A stretch of DNA of 64,000 nucleotides. Origin: Malacoraja senta. Lineage: Eukaryota. A model generated the notes under the pieces. The model ran no database searches. It worked only from the letters and a program-made list of their open reading frames with translations, and was not told the DNA's origin. Below, piece by piece: positions 10,407-23,863 of this stretch. Both the position numbers and the translations under genes were made by a program. Where the stretch lies: the NCBI GenBank assembly GCA_038087875.1, contig CM075991.1, positions 9,426,001 to 9,490,000 on the forward strand. Direction: 5' to 3'. The number at the start of each line of letters is the position of its first letter. The stretch's first letter is position 1.

Positions 10407-10722
10407 GTTTAGTTTAGATTAGTTTAGCGATACAGCGCAGAAACAGGCCCTTCAGCCCATCAAGCCCACGCTGACCAGCGATCCCCGCACACTAACACGA
10501 TCCTACACACACGAGGGACAATTTACAATTTTACCGAAGCCAATTAACCTACAAACCTGTACGTCTTTGGAGTGTGGGAGGAAACCGGAGCACCCGGAGA
10601 AATCCCACGCAGGTCACGGGGAGAACGTACAAACTCCGTGCAGACAACACGTGTAGTCAGGATCGAACCCGGGTCTCTGGCGCTTTAAGGCAGCAACTCT
10701 ATCACTGCGCCACCATGCCACC
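10407..10722 (-). mobile_element. HE1-like SINE, full length
   Basis: Reverse-complement head, box B, core and tail. Confidence 0.9.
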
Positions 10723-10902
10723 ACGACTGGGTGAGACGGGAAGCGGGGGGGGGGGGGGTGTTGTCATTTAATCCCTCACTTCCCATCCTATCATAGGTAT
10801 TCCTTTGCATTTATTGTTCCCTTTCTTTCTTTTTCTGCATCTTCAAACCTCTTCCCCTTTATTTTCCCACTTCTGATGAAACGTTTAACTGTTTCTCTCT
10901 CT

Positions 10903-11174
10903 GCCTTACCAGAGACCCGGGTTCAATCCTGACCACAGGTGCTGTCTGTTTGTGCAAAGGTGTTTTAACGTTCTCCCTGTGACCAGACGGGTTTTCTCCA
11001 GTTGTTCCAGATGCCACCCACGCTCCAAAGACGTGCAGGTTTGTAGGCTAATTGGCTTCTGTAAATTGTCCAAAGTGTGTGGGATAGAACTAGCCTATGG
11101 GAGATTATTGGTCGGCACTGACTCGATGGGCGGAAGGGCCTGTTTCCGTGCTGTATCTCTGAAATAAACTAAAC
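10903..11174 (+). mobile_element. HE1-like SINE
   Basis: Box B, core and tail. Confidence 0.8.
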
Positions 11175-11767
11175 CTCTCAGGTTTTTAGATATTTCACAC
11201 AACACCCTCCTCTCTCTCTAAACTCCAACAGATACAAGCCAAGCCTGACTAATCTTTCCTTACAAGATACTCCAGGGAAGAGCCAGTAGACCTTCTCTGA
11301 ATGTGATTCGAGTCAACCATGGTCACCCTCTCTACGCTCTCTGCATCACCTTCAACCTCCTGCAATCCCTCAGACCCAGCAGGAAGGTCGATCTCCCAGC
11401 ACAGGGGATCCAGCACCCTTCAGGTTGAAGAGTCGGGGAGCCTTGCGCCCAAGGTGCTTGCCCAGGAGCTCAACAGCAGGTTCGGGAAGGGTGCCGCTCA
11501 TCACTCTTGCCACCGCAGCAACACATGGCTAATCCCGTGTTGATAAGTCCATGTGTCATGGAGATGAAGGGACTGGTCTAGAAAAAGTCCACCAGCCTTC
11601 AGCAGCATCCACGACCCCCCCCCACCCCCCCGCATGTTAAGGTCCACCACCGATTCTCCGGCACCCTTGGTTCCAAAACCTTGCTGGATTATGCGTTTTG
11701 CTGGTGAAACAGAGGTCATGGCCTCCGAGAGGAGTCTAACAGTACCAGAACGATCTGCCTAGGCTGC

Positions 11768-11872
11768 TGGGGGGGGGGGGTTGGGGGGTGGTTTGGGGGG
11801 GGGATTAGGGGGGTGGTTTGGGGGGTGGTTTGGGGGGGGTGGAGGGGGTGGGGGAGGGGGTGAGGGGGGTGG
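11768..11872 (+). repeat. G-rich low-complexity tract (G-quadruplex-capable)
   Basis: More than ten G runs separated by short T/A spacers. Confidence 0.85.
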
Positions 11873-12774
11873 AATTTCAAATCCACTCTCGTAATTTTGT
11901 CCGCATTAAAGGAGGTGTCGGAGAAAAGAATATTGTTTTAAAAGAATTGAAAAATTATCAGCCATGATCATATTGAATGGCGGTGCTGGCTCGAAGGGTC
12001 GAATGTCCTACTTCTACGTCTATTTTCTATGTTTCAAAATACCTGTTGGACGCATAAATGGATGGGAAGGGTCTCGCGGACTGGCGGCCAAATGCAGGCA
12101 AATCAGGCTGGTCCAGAATGCCAACTTGGCCCCCATGGGCAAGACGGGCCAAAGAGCCTTTTTCCGTGCTGTGAAGCTCGGTGACTCTCTGCCTACTTTC
12201 TGCTTCTTGTTACTCAGCCAAACTGCCCTCCCTGCCAACTCCTGCTCTTATTTCTTGATGCCTTCTGCGAAGGAATAGCGAATTAACATTTTATTTTTTC
12301 TTGTAATTCTATAACGCAATAGGAAGTTGGAGTCTTTGGAAATTGTCTCCAACCGAGGACCTTGGATGGATGTCCCCCTGCATATGTTGATGCGATCTCT
12401 GCCCAACTTTTTTTATTGGCGACAGTGAAGGTTGCAGGAAATCTGGGACTTTTCCAAACGCAGCTAGTTAAAAGCATCGGCAACAAACAAACCACTGTCT
12501 GCCTTTTTCTTTTCCTTTTTCAGCAAAGTCAATGTCACTTGTTCTGAATACATGGGAAAGGGCAAGTAGGTTATTCCGTGACAGTGCCGAGAGAAAAGAC
12601 CGACAGATATATATCTTGGCAGCATTTAGCACCAGCTGCCAGTCTCGCTCAAAGAGGTCAGAGAATAGATGGTGTTGCAAACAGGAAAAACGTTACTGTG
12701 CTGCATAGGGAGGTGCTACTCTTGAGATATGAGCTAATGCTTGTATTTTGAACATAGTTCCAGAGCTTTGGATA

Positions 12775-13407
12775 GAGAGTTTCGCTGAACACCTTCGCTC
12801 GGTCTACCTGGACCTACCTGATTGCCCAGTTGCTAAACACTTTAATTCCCCTTCCCATTCCCACACTGACCTTTCTGTCCTAGGCCTCCTCCATTGTCAG
12901 AGAGAGGCAGGAACGGGGTACTGATTGGGGATGATCAGCCATGATCACATTGAATGGCGGTGCTGGCTCGAAGGGCCAAATGGCCTACTCCTGCACCTAT
13001 TGTCTATTGTCTATTGTCTATTGAGGCCAAACGCATTTTGGAGGAACAGCATCTCATATTTCGCTTGGGAAGCTTACAACCCTGGGGTATGAATATTCAT
13101 TTCTTTAACTTCAAGTGACCCCTGCATTCCCACTCTGTCCATCCATCCCCCAACCACGTCACACCAGCTTCTCGTTCTCACCCAACAAACAGCTAACAAT
13201 GGCCTGTTTCCTTTATCATTGTTAATTTTTTGCATATCGTTCATTCATTTGTTCTATATCTCTCTACATCATCGTCGCTATCTCTCCTTTCCCTTTCCCG
13301 TAACTTTCAGTCTGAAGAAGGGTCTCGACCCGAAATGTCACCCATTACGTCTCTCCAGAGATGCTGCCTGCCCCGCTGAGTTACTCCAGCATTTTGTGTC
13401 TATCTTC
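12775..13407 (+). mobile_element. Penelope-like element 3' fragment (end of GIY-YIG EN plus pLTR) interrupted by a CR1 3' end at ~12905-13023
   Basis: FAEHLRSV..PVAKHFNSPSHSHTDLSVLGLLHCQ..EEQHLIFRLGSLQP matches ORF 60507-60950; hammerhead-like core at 13312-13339. Confidence 0.85.
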
Positions 13408-13971
13408 TAGGGCTTTGGACTTCTCCAAATCCATGACATAATTGCTCTGGAATGCTCAGCGCTCAAAAAGAGGAATACATTTGATTCCCCTGTTCTCAAC
13501 ATTCTTCACAGGAATGAACAAAAAATTTGCCAAACAATTTTTTTTCTTTAAAAAAATAGCAGCTGCATCTCAACGATAAATCCAAAGAGAGAGACAAGTC
13601 AAATTGATCCAATTTAAAGATTTATTTTGCAATTTTTTTTATTCTCCAGAGTGCAATACATCAAAAAATAGGATGATATGCATTCAGCTCCACACAAAAA
13701 AAGTAAAATTGTTTGGCAAGTCCTACTCACACAGAAGGAATTAGGTTTGTTGTGCAATAAAACTCCGATAATCCGCTATCTGATTTTTCAGAAATTCTGA
13801 TGGTTCAGGCTCGATTGGAATCATGCGTTGTCTTTCTGCATGTAACAAAAGCTTTTCAATGTACCTCAGTACACGTGACAATAAACTCAACTGAACTAAA
13901 CACGTCTTGGGATTACTGAGGAGCTGTTTCCCGCGCTCCTTTTAGAGTTTGGAAACAAGAATCTGCAGAGA

Positions 13972-14297
13972 CGATACGGTACGATAGAACGTTATTCATC
14001 CCAGGAGGGAAATTGATCTGCCAACGGTCATAAACACCAAATACATCAAACATGAAATTAAAGTGACGTTGTGGAAAGGATTGAGGATATGCAAAGATTG
14101 GGAAGGGGGTGGGGGGAGGGGTGGTTGGAGTCAGTCTACCCCATGTCAGAAGGGGGAGGAGTTGTATAGTCTAATAGCCACAGGAAGAAGGATCTCCTGT
14201 GGCGTTCTGTGCTGCATCTTGGTGGAACCAGTCTGTTGCTGAAGGTGCCCCTCCGGTTGGCCAGTGTGTCATTGATGGGGTGAACTGGATTGTCCGT
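13972..14297 (-). mobile_element. Rex1/Babar-like LINE 3' end
   Basis: Similar to 2755-2930, plus 3'UTR and short tail. Confidence 0.7.
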
Positions 14298-14328
14298 TTA
14301 TCAAAATAGACACAAAGCGTGGGTGTAA

Positions 14329-14699
14329 AGCCCCCGTCCCACGATGCGAGTTCACCCAAGAGCTCTCCTGAGTTTTAAAAAAAAAATCAAACTCGTGGTA
14401 AGTACGTAGAATGTACGTAGGACCTCGTGGATGTCCCGTAGCGGCTCGTTAAGGGAACGGCAGGTACTCGGGAAACGCGGTAACTAACGGCAGGTACTCG
14501 GGAAACTCTTGGACATTTTTCACAGTGTTGGAAAAACTTCACGAGTTACCGCGTTTCCCGAGTACCTGCCGTTAGCACTACGAGCCACTATGGGACATCC
14601 ACGAGGTCCTACGTACCCGCTACGTACATACCACGAGTTTGATTTATTTTTTTTACTCGGGAGAGCTCTTGGGTGAACTCGCATTGTGGGACAGGGGCT
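14329..14699. mobile_element. PIF/Harbinger-type MITE (family 1 relative) inserted in a PLE end
   Basis: TIR AGCCCC(C/T)GTCCCAC, TAA TSD at 14326-14328 and 14700-14702. Confidence 0.85.
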
Positions 14700-15329
14700 T
14701 AACTCTGCAGGAGGGGTAGCATCTTTAGAGAACAGGGATAGGTGACATTTCGAGTCAAGACCTTTCCTCAGACTGTCCCGGACTATACTACCACAACATT
14801 TGTACCATAATCCATGTAAGCAAATTGCTTTTAATTGAATGGTAAGAAACTCTTCCATTGTACAGTGCTTACCAATAACATAGAAGATAGATACAAAATG
14901 CTGGAGTAAGTCAGCGGGACAGGTGGGCAGACAGGAGGGAAGGAATGGGTGCCATTTCGGGTCGAGGCCCTTCTTCAGAATCTTCAGAATGTCACCCATT
15001 CCATCTCCACAGAGATGCTGCCTGTCTCGCTGAGTTACTCCAGCATTTTGTGTCTATCCTCTATGGTATCGGCAAGCACTGTACAATGGAAGCCTTTCCT
15101 ACCATTCCATTAAAAGCAATTCATTTTCACGGCTTATCGTAACAGAGGACTTGCCCGTCAGCTTTCAAATAGAAGACATTTCTCAATGGAACCCTTACTG
15201 AAAATTATTATACATTTCAAGGGGAAAGGAATAGATTTTCTTCCTTGGTACCATCAATGGAAGAAATTACTCCAATAGGAGGACATTCCGATGGCTTCAA
15301 AGGAATTGCCCAAGTACTTACAGGTGGGA

Positions 15330-15930
15330 TTCAGGAGCACCTTAATTGTCACGACAACCCCAGAATGGATTATTTTTGGAATATCGGAAGGTATTCCTGA
15401 ATTAAACGTGTATCAGAAGAATTTACTCAATTATGGCTAATAATGGGAAAAAAGCTTATACTTAAATTCTGGAAAAATGCGCCCACACCAACAATAAAAA
15501 TGTGGACATCAAATATGTTGGAAACATTACATCTGGAAGAGATGAGATTCCTCCTAGTAGGCAAAGTAGACCAATTTCAAAAGACGTGTCTACGTTTTTG
15601 GACCTATTACAAGCATGAGGTGCAATAGTAATTTAGAAAAACAAATAAATAAATAAAAGGTATCTGGACCTGGTAATGGGAGGTAAAACAAAAACAGACT
15701 TGGTTGGTAGTTCCTTCTCTATGAAGTATGTTATAAGAGTTATAATAGAGCGATTGTTCCTTCTTTCTTTCTCTTTCTTTTCTAGGGTCTATTTTCTAAC
15801 TTTACTTCCTTCTCTAACTTCTTTTCTAAGGGGCTTTCTTTTCCCAACACTCTTTTGCACTTCACAACCTTTGCGCACTTTCTCCACTTTTCTTACTTCT
15901 TTCTTTTTCTTTCTTAAAGTTTAAAAAAGT
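15330..15930 (+). mobile_element. L1-clade LINE ORF2 C-terminus and pyrimidine-rich 3'UTR
   Basis: KKLILKFWKNAPTPTIKMW..LHLEEMRF resembles fish L1 ORF2 ends; the 3'UTR shares TTTCTAGGGTCTATT with 56145-56616. Boundaries approximate. Confidence 0.65.
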
Positions 15931-17402
15931 GAAGCGGTACAAAAAATCCCAAGCAGCCAGCAATGATTGAGGAATGCCCTCCGTGATCTATCAAGGTTCC
16001 AGATCAGGGTGACCATAAATCCAATTGATGCCTTGGAGAACAACAGCTACTTTGCACAAAAAGCTGGATTAACTCAGCGGCTCAGGCAACATGTCTGCAG
16101 AAAAGGAATAGGTTACATTTCCGGTCGAGACCCTTCTTCTCGACTCGAAACGTCACCTATTCCTTTTCTCCAGAGATACTGTCGTAGGGCCTGTTTCCTA
16201 CGCTGTATCTCTAAACTAAACTAAACTGGGAATCCCAGCATGTTGTGCCAGGCCACTGTTTCGCCTCATTCATCCATGTTTCGTAATGACTGGTTTCTGC
16301 ACCTCTCTCTAGCGTGTTCCAACCCGAACCTCCCCAGATCCCAGCCTCTCCCACACAGAGCAAGAATCGGTACGTGAAGAATCACAAGCATCATTTGTCT
16401 CATCGGCTTGTCAACAATCTAAGATATAACTATCCAGCAGATGCCAAGCAGATGGCATCCTTTGCCATAAGTTGTCAATAATGGTACGACTACCTCAGTA
16501 CCTCCAAAATCAACATATGTCTCTGCGTTTTGGATATGGCATAACAATGAAAAATACTCACAGAGCTACTTGTAAGGCTGTTTAACATCACTCCTCGATG
16601 ATGTGAAACCTAAAGCAAAATAAATTGCATTCATATCAAAATCTGCTCGACAATCTTGTTGGAAACTAGATACCATAAAAATTGTAATCTTGTCTTTTTC
16701 AGGATGCCCTGACAATTTATCACTTGCTTCAGTTTTGGGACTAGCTTACGAACATAACATTTCTCACTGTTGTCTTTTGACATCAATGTTTGCATTATTT
16801 GAATGAAAGTGATTTTTTTTCCCCTTAATTTCCGGGATGGCGGGACTGTCACATGTTGAAAGAATATGGATGATCAGCCATGATCACAGTGGTACTGGCT
16901 CGAAGGGTGGAATGGCCTACTCCTGCACCTATTGTCTATTGTCTATGTGAACAATGAACTTGCAATATATGCTTCCAAGTGCATTAACATTGAATCACTT
17001 GCTAATTGAGCTCCAGATCTGAATTTTATTGATATTTTTGATCAACAGATAAGCCTCAATTTTGTGTAGGAAGGAACTGCAGATGCTGGTTAAAAAAACG
17101 AGATAGACACAAAAAGCTGGAATAACTCAGTGGGACTGGCAGCATCTCTGGAGAGAAGGAATGTGTGACGTTTCGGGTCGAGACCCTTCCTCAGTCTGCT
17201 TTACCTTGCACTAACGTTATTCCCTTATCCTCTATCTATACACTGTAAATGGCTCGATTGTAATCATGTATTTCTCCTCAGTCTTTCTTCAGACAGTCTG
17301 ACTGTCTTTCTTCAAACTCAGTCTGAGGAAGGGTCTCGACCCAAAACATCACCCATCCCTTCTCTCCAGAGATGCTGCCTGTCCCGTTGAGTTAAAAATC
17401 CA

Positions 17403-17723
17403 TGTCCCACTGTACGAGTTCATTCAAGAGCTCTCCCGAGTTTTAAAAAAAAATCAAACTCGTGGTAAGCACGGAGAATGAACGTAGCGGGTACGTCGGA
17501 GCTCGGGGACGTCTCTTAGCGGCTCGTAACGCTAACGGCAGGTCCTCGGGAAGACTCGCTAATGGCAGGTAAGCTCGGGAAGACTCGGGAAGATTTTTCA
17601 ACATGTTGAAAAATGTCCACGAGAGCCCCGAGTACCGACGAGCGGCCGTTACCGTAAATCTCCGAGTTCGAATCAGGGGCAAACTCGGGGAGAGCTCTTG
17701 AATGAACTCGTACAGTGGGACAG
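17403..17723. mobile_element. PIF/Harbinger-type MITE (family 1)
   Basis: Near-identical to 5312-5626 with eroded termini. Confidence 0.85.
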
Positions 17724-18257
17724 CTTTTTGTGGCTATCTTCAGCCTCAAGTTTTTAACGGCAATAGCAGTGAAACAATTGGCGGTGGCAATCATTACTCT
17801 GGTAAACAGACAAACTCCTTGCGATTTTCCACATACAAAGTTTGACACTGGCACCCCTTGGATATTGTCAATGATTTAGCCCTACTTCACAAGACTGCAC
17901 CGTATGCAATCTTCTTCAGTGGAATCAGGGGAAATCACTTGATCTGAGGAGAACTTAAACTACTTTGAAACTTGTCCTGCTGCTATAAAGTACGCTAAAT
18001 ATCTTGAGCTTAGCTGCATACTGTAAGTTTTTAATGCAGTCATGTTTGACAAACTCTTTGGCCCTAAAGACTAATTGCACAGGCATACCATAATTTTCTC
18101 ACATAAATATTTCAAAATAAATGGAAATTAAAAAATATATTTTTTGAAAAGTTTAGTTTCATCTTTTATGCATACATTACCATTTTATTTTTTTATTTCG
18201 TGATTTGCATGACGCCGAAAGCTTAAAAAAATATTTCTTCAAGGGTAAATTTCTTAC

Positions 18258-18495
18258 ATTCATAAGTGAGAGGAGCAGAATTGTGCCATTCGGCCCATCA
18301 AGTCTACTCCGCCATTCAATCATGGCTGATCTATCTCTCCCTCTTAACCCCACTCTCCTGCCTCCTCCCCATAACCTCTGACACCGGTACTAATCAAGAA
18401 TCTATCTATCTCTGCCTTAAATATATGCACTGACTTGGCCTCCACTGCCTTCTGTGGCAAAGAATTCCACAGATTCACCACCCTCTGACTAAAGA
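18258..18495 (-). mobile_element. CR1-like LINE 3' end
   Basis: FSQRVVNLWNSLPQKAVEA..GYGEEAGEWG in ORF 18344-18556(-). Confidence 0.85.
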
Positions 18496-20536
18496 GTGCC
18501 ATCATTGAGTCACACAGCATAGAAACAGACTTTTCTGCCCAACTTCTCCATGCCAATCAAGATAGCCTATCTACGCTAGTCCCAACAGCCTGCATTTGGC
18601 CCATATGCAACCTGTCCCATCCTTGTACCTGTCCAAATGCCTTTGAAATGTGGTACTGTTGCTTTGCATCTGCGAACAAAATCCAGGCCAAGCAGTCGTC
18701 TCCCAAAAGGAAAAGGAAAGTGACAGAAAAATAAGTACCTCGATGAGAGAGGCGTGAAGGGGAAAAAAATCTGAAGGACAAAATGGCTTTTGAAACTATG
18801 CAATTACACCAAGTAATTCAATGCCGTATGAAGGAGCGTGGTAGAAAAGCCAGCCTTTGATTAACCTGTGCAAATGGAAAACAGTTGCATGTAATGACAT
18901 GAGGAAAATCCTTTTAAATATAATTGACCAAGTTGACAGGTATGGTCCAATGCAGAAAGTTGATTTTTTGCAACTAATTCTAAACAGTACTTGGCATAGG
19001 AGCGATGTGTTTCCCATGATAAACACTGTGGTCTCAAACATCTGTACTGCTAATTAACACGTTGCCCCAGTAACAGCATTACACCGTTGGACACACACCA
19101 ATCCAGCAACACGCCACACGTGTATAATATTCTTAATGACAGAACTTATTTTGTTTTTGATTTTCTTGCAAATATTCGCTACAGATTAGTTACATGAGTG
19201 GAGCTATTTTCTCCCTAAAGCACTCTTCAGCTTCCAACCTCATCATTTAGTTACCTTCAATTTGTTTCTTGATTATAGTGTGAGCTTTAGAATTGACTTT
19301 AGAGATACAGCGAGGAAACAGGCCCTTCGGCCCAACGTGTCCGTGCCAACCACCGATCACCCAGTACACTAGCACCAGCCAACACACTAGGGACAATGCA
19401 CAATTTTACAAAAGCCAAATAGTTCTATCCTGCAATGGACATCGTTAAGAACGTGTTCTCTGGTTAATTATCTCATCACCATTTTCCTTGCATCCCCATA
19501 CTTTGATTGTATCTCATTGCCTGTGAATATATTGGGATGCCCAAAGGGCCAATGTGGAGTAGTCCAATATTTTATTAATTTTAACCAAATTGATTTTCAA
19601 TCGGCAATAGATAATAAGTACAGGAGTAGCTATTCGGCCCTTCGAGCCAGCACTGCCATTCAATGTGATCATGATTTTCATGTTAATAAGTTCATGTCAT
19701 AGGAGCGGAATTAGGCCATTTGGCCCATGGAGTCTACTCCGCCATTCATCATGGCTGATCTATCTTTCCCTCTCAACCCCAATCTCCTGCCTTCTCCCCG
19801 TAACCCTTGACACCCTTACCAATCAAGTATCTTTCAATCTCCAATAAATCACCAGTTAATCGCCAATAAATCTCCAACTATTGGCGTTACGTCACAGTTG
19901 AGTTTTGCTCATCACTCTCTCCCCTGTTTATAGAAACATAGAAAATAGGTGCAGGAGTAGGCCATTCGGCCATTCGAGCCAGCACCACCATTCAATATGA
20001 TCATGGCTGATCATCCAAAATCAATACCCCGTTCCTGCTTTTTCCCCATATCCCTTGATTCCTTTAGCCCCAAGAGCTAAACCTAACTCTCCCTCTCTCT
20101 ATTGAGGTATTCTACGGACATAATACCATTTATGATTTGGTGGAGGGGTGGTGGTGGTTGGGGTACCTTCTCCACTGTGTTCTCTGCATAGCTGATGTAA
20201 AGAAACTTCGTAAATATCCACTTCTTCAGCTGCCTAGTGTTGCATGACATTCTATCCATCCTACGCTCCTCAGAACCATGAGTCTATAGATCTGTCCACC
20301 TCCTCATATTTCTTTACAACACAGAAGGAGGCCATTTGACCATCAAGTCCGTGCCAGCTCGGAGAGCATATGATTACTCCTCTGTCATTTTTTTGTTTCT
20401 GTATATCTGTTCTCTCTACATTTCCATCAATTCCACCATCCGGCAACATTAGCAGATATTTACAGTGGCCAGTTGTTCCACCATCCTGTTTCCAGAACAT
20501 GGGAGGAAACCAGAGCAGCCGGAGGAAACACACTCA

Positions 20537-20724
20537 TTCTTTTCGTGTCCATTTTGTTACAAATGTTGACCTCGCTGTCATCGTCCGTCCTGAAAAGGAC
20601 GCAAGCTTCCGGCGACAATCAGTGGAAGCCATCACTTGTCGCAGTAGATGGTGGTGGCAGCAGAATTAGCTCAGGATACTTCCAGTTTCCAGTCCCGTGA
20701 CGTGGACGCTTCTGCTATGGGCCC
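20537..20724 (-). mobile_element. Short retroposon family B, second copy, inserted in an old SINE
   Basis: Short TSD ACTCA at 20532-20536 and 20725-20729; host SINE resumes after the insertion; 3' end CACGAAAAGAA. Confidence 0.75.
20659..20724 (-). ncRNA. HDV-like ribozyme, decayed copy
   Basis: GGGCCC-AU-AGCAGAA-GCG-UCCACGU-CAC-GGGACU-GG-...-CUAA-UUCUGCU, with one mismatch each in P1 and P3. Confidence 0.7.
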
Positions 20725-20993
20725 ACTCAGGCATGGCGAACATGCAAACTCCACATCAAAGGTCAGAATTGCTGGAGCTCTGAGGCAGCGGCACTACCCG
20801 CTGCAGCACCAGGCAGTCAAAACTTTTGTTGGTTTCTTTCCGTCTCCACCGAATATCATCTTTATTAATCACTTCTTATTTAGAGAGAGATACAGCATGG
20901 AAATGGGACCTGAGGTCCACCAAGTCCACGACGACCAACAATTACCCATACACTAGTTCTATCCTGCACACTGGAGACCATCTACAAGTCCAT

Positions 20994-21563
20994 GTTTAGT
21001 TTAGTTGAGTTTAGAGATGTGTGGCGTAGAAACAGGCCCTTCGGCCCACCGAGTCCGCACCTACCAGCGATCTCCACACACTTACACCAACCTACACTAG
21101 GGACAATTTTTACATTTATACCAAGCCAATTAACCTACAAACCTGCACGTCTTTGGAGTGTGGGAGGAAACCGGAGCACCCAGAGAAAACCCACACGCTC
21201 ACAGGGAGAACGTACAAACTCCGTGCAGACAGCACCCGTAGTCAGGATCGAACAGTTCATTCCAACACTGAAGTTCATAAATGATAGGAGCAGAATTAGG
21301 CTATTCGGCCCATCAAGTCTACTCCGCCTTTCAATCATGGCTGATCTAACTGGACCAACTAACCTCATTCTCCTGTCTTCTCCCCATAACCCCTGACACT
21401 CTTACTATTCAAGAATGTATATCTATATCTACCTACAAAATATCCATTGACGGCCTCCACAGAACGTGCAAACTCCGTGCAGACAGCGCCCGTAGTCAGG
21501 ATCGAACCTGGTTCTCTGGCACTGTAAGGCAGTAACTTTACCGCTGCGCCACTGTGCCGCCCA
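20994..21563 (-). mobile_element. HE1-like SINE interrupted by a 210-bp local duplication
   Basis: SINE head at ~21563, tail at ~20994, insert at 21253-21462. Confidence 0.85.
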
Positions 21564-22519
21564 CTTCTGCCATCCTCTTATGATTGAAATAACCTCACCA
21601 AGTCCCCAGCGGCAAGTCTCTTTTTCCTTTTTATCTTTACCGGAAATAAATTCCTATTTCCCATCAAGTTGGTTGCTGCTGTGTTTTTATTCTCTCCCTC
21701 CGCTTTCTATCAGCCGATTACAATATTTGCAGAGATCGTCTCTGACTTTGACCCACACATTTATGTAGATTAAATGTTGCTGGCGTTTTTCATTATTTTT
21801 ACCCTATGTTAATACATTTTTAAGTTACAAGATGCTATTTACTTGTGTTATAATGTGGCTGAAAAACTATTAATGAAGTGTGTTATGACCCAAGATAATT
21901 ACACTGCAAAATATATTATGTACCACCACTGACCCAAAACAAAGATCTACTCTTTATATTTAAATTTGGTAATGCTATTCACACAACCGCTGCATCCACT
22001 TAATGGACTTGTGGTACATCTATAAAATGAAATGAAAATGTGGTAGATGCATTTTTTTTATTGCCAAGTTTTAGTCTCCTCATATGATTGGGTTTAATGA
22101 CATCTGTCTAACAGTGCAGTATTATAGCTGTGTATCGGTGACAGGGTCATTTGTAAGCTGGACTGATGAACCAAGATAGACACAAAACGCTGGAGTAACT
22201 CTGCGGGTCGGGCAGCATCTCTGGAGAAAAGGAACAAACGGCGCAGCGGTAGAGTTGCTGCCATTCAGGGCCAGAGAACCGGGTTCGATCATGACTACGG
22301 ATGCTGTCTGTTTGGAGTTTGTACGCTCTCCCTCTGACCGCGTTTAAAAAAAAATCTCTTGTATCCCACCCCCCCTGACTCTCTGTCTGAGGAAGGGTCT
22401 CGACCTGAAACGTCATCTATTCCATTCCTCCAGAGATACTGCCTGACCCGCTGAGTTACTACAGTTTTTGGTGTCTATCTTCAGCGTAAACCAACATCTG
22501 CAGTTCATTCCAACACTGA

Positions 22520-22880
22520 AGTTCATAAATGATAGGAGCAGAATCAGGCTATTCGGCCCATCAAGTCTAGTCTGCCTTTCAATCATGGCTGATCTAACTG
22601 GACCAACTAACCTCATTCTCCTGTCTTCTCCCCATAACCCCTGACAGTCTTACTATTCAAGAATGTATATCTATATCTACCTACAAAATATCCATTGACG
22701 GCCTCCACAGCCGTCTGTGGCAGAATTCCACAGATTCACCACCTTCTGACTAAAGAAATTCCCCTTCATCTCCTTCCTAAAGGAATGTTATTTTATTCGG
22801 AGGCTATGACCTCCAGTCCTACACTCTCCCACTAGTGGAAACATCCTCTCCACATCCACTCTATCCAGACCTTTCACCAC
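22520..22880 (-). mobile_element. CR1-like LINE 3' end
   Basis: KGLDRVDVERMFPLVGECRTGGHSLRIK. Confidence 0.85.
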
Positions 22881-23863
22881 TGCTCTCTCCTGATCTGAGG
22901 CTATATGTGACTCCAGACACACACCTATGTTCTTGAATCCAAACTGCACCTCTAAGGTGGCGCAGCAAGGTACGTAGTTTGGGGATAGACACAAAATGCT
23001 GGAGTAACTCAGCGGGACAGGCAGCATCTCTGGAGAGAAGGAATGGGTGGCGTTTCAGGTCGAGACCCTTCTTGGGGAGATTGGAGGCAGGAAATCTCTG
23101 CTGGTCAAATTAGTAATGTCCATACTTCTCAAAAAAAAGATTAAAGCAGTCTCATTACGTACATCTACGGAACATGGTGATAATCTCTGGATATTAACAT
23201 AGAGCATCGAACAGTGCAGCACAGAAACACGTCCTTCAGCCCACAATGTCTGTGCAGTTCAATTCATGTTTTTCCCACATCTTTCATGGGCCTTTGAAGT
23301 GCAATTCCAGGTGTAATGAGCAAAATATTTACAATAGCTCGTTCCCAAAAGATGCAATGTAATTGGAATGCCAATGTCTTTTTTTCTCTGTGGCACGGAA
23401 TCAAGGGATATGGGGAGAAAGCAGGAACGGGGTACTGATTTTGGATGATCAGCCATGATCATATTGAATGGCGGTGCTGGCTCAAAGGGCCGAATGGCCT
23501 ATTCCTGCATCTCTGTTCTATGTTTTTATGTTTCTATGTAGAACGTGGAACAGTACAGCAGTGGAACAGGCCCTTCGACCCCCAATGTCCGTACTGAATA
23601 TGATGCCACGACCAACTCTCATCTGCCTGGACATCATCCACATCTCATCATTCCTTGCATATCCATGTTTCTAAGGCTCGTTAATACCACCATTGTGTCT
23701 GCCTCCACCACCACCACTGGTAGCATGTTCCAGGCACTCATTGCTCTGTGTAAAATAAGTTGCCCCTTGCACCTCCTTTAAATTTTGCCCCTTTCACCTT
23801 AGAGCTGTACCCTCCAGTATTTGATACTTTCATCCTGGCGGAAATGTTCCGACATATCTACCT

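Noticed and set aside
16562..18770. Two phase-compatible minus-strand micro-exon candidates (18739-18770 FFPLHASLIE; 16562-16609 VSHHRGVMLNSLTSSS)
   Set aside because: The joined peptide resembles nothing I recognise and there is no independent support.
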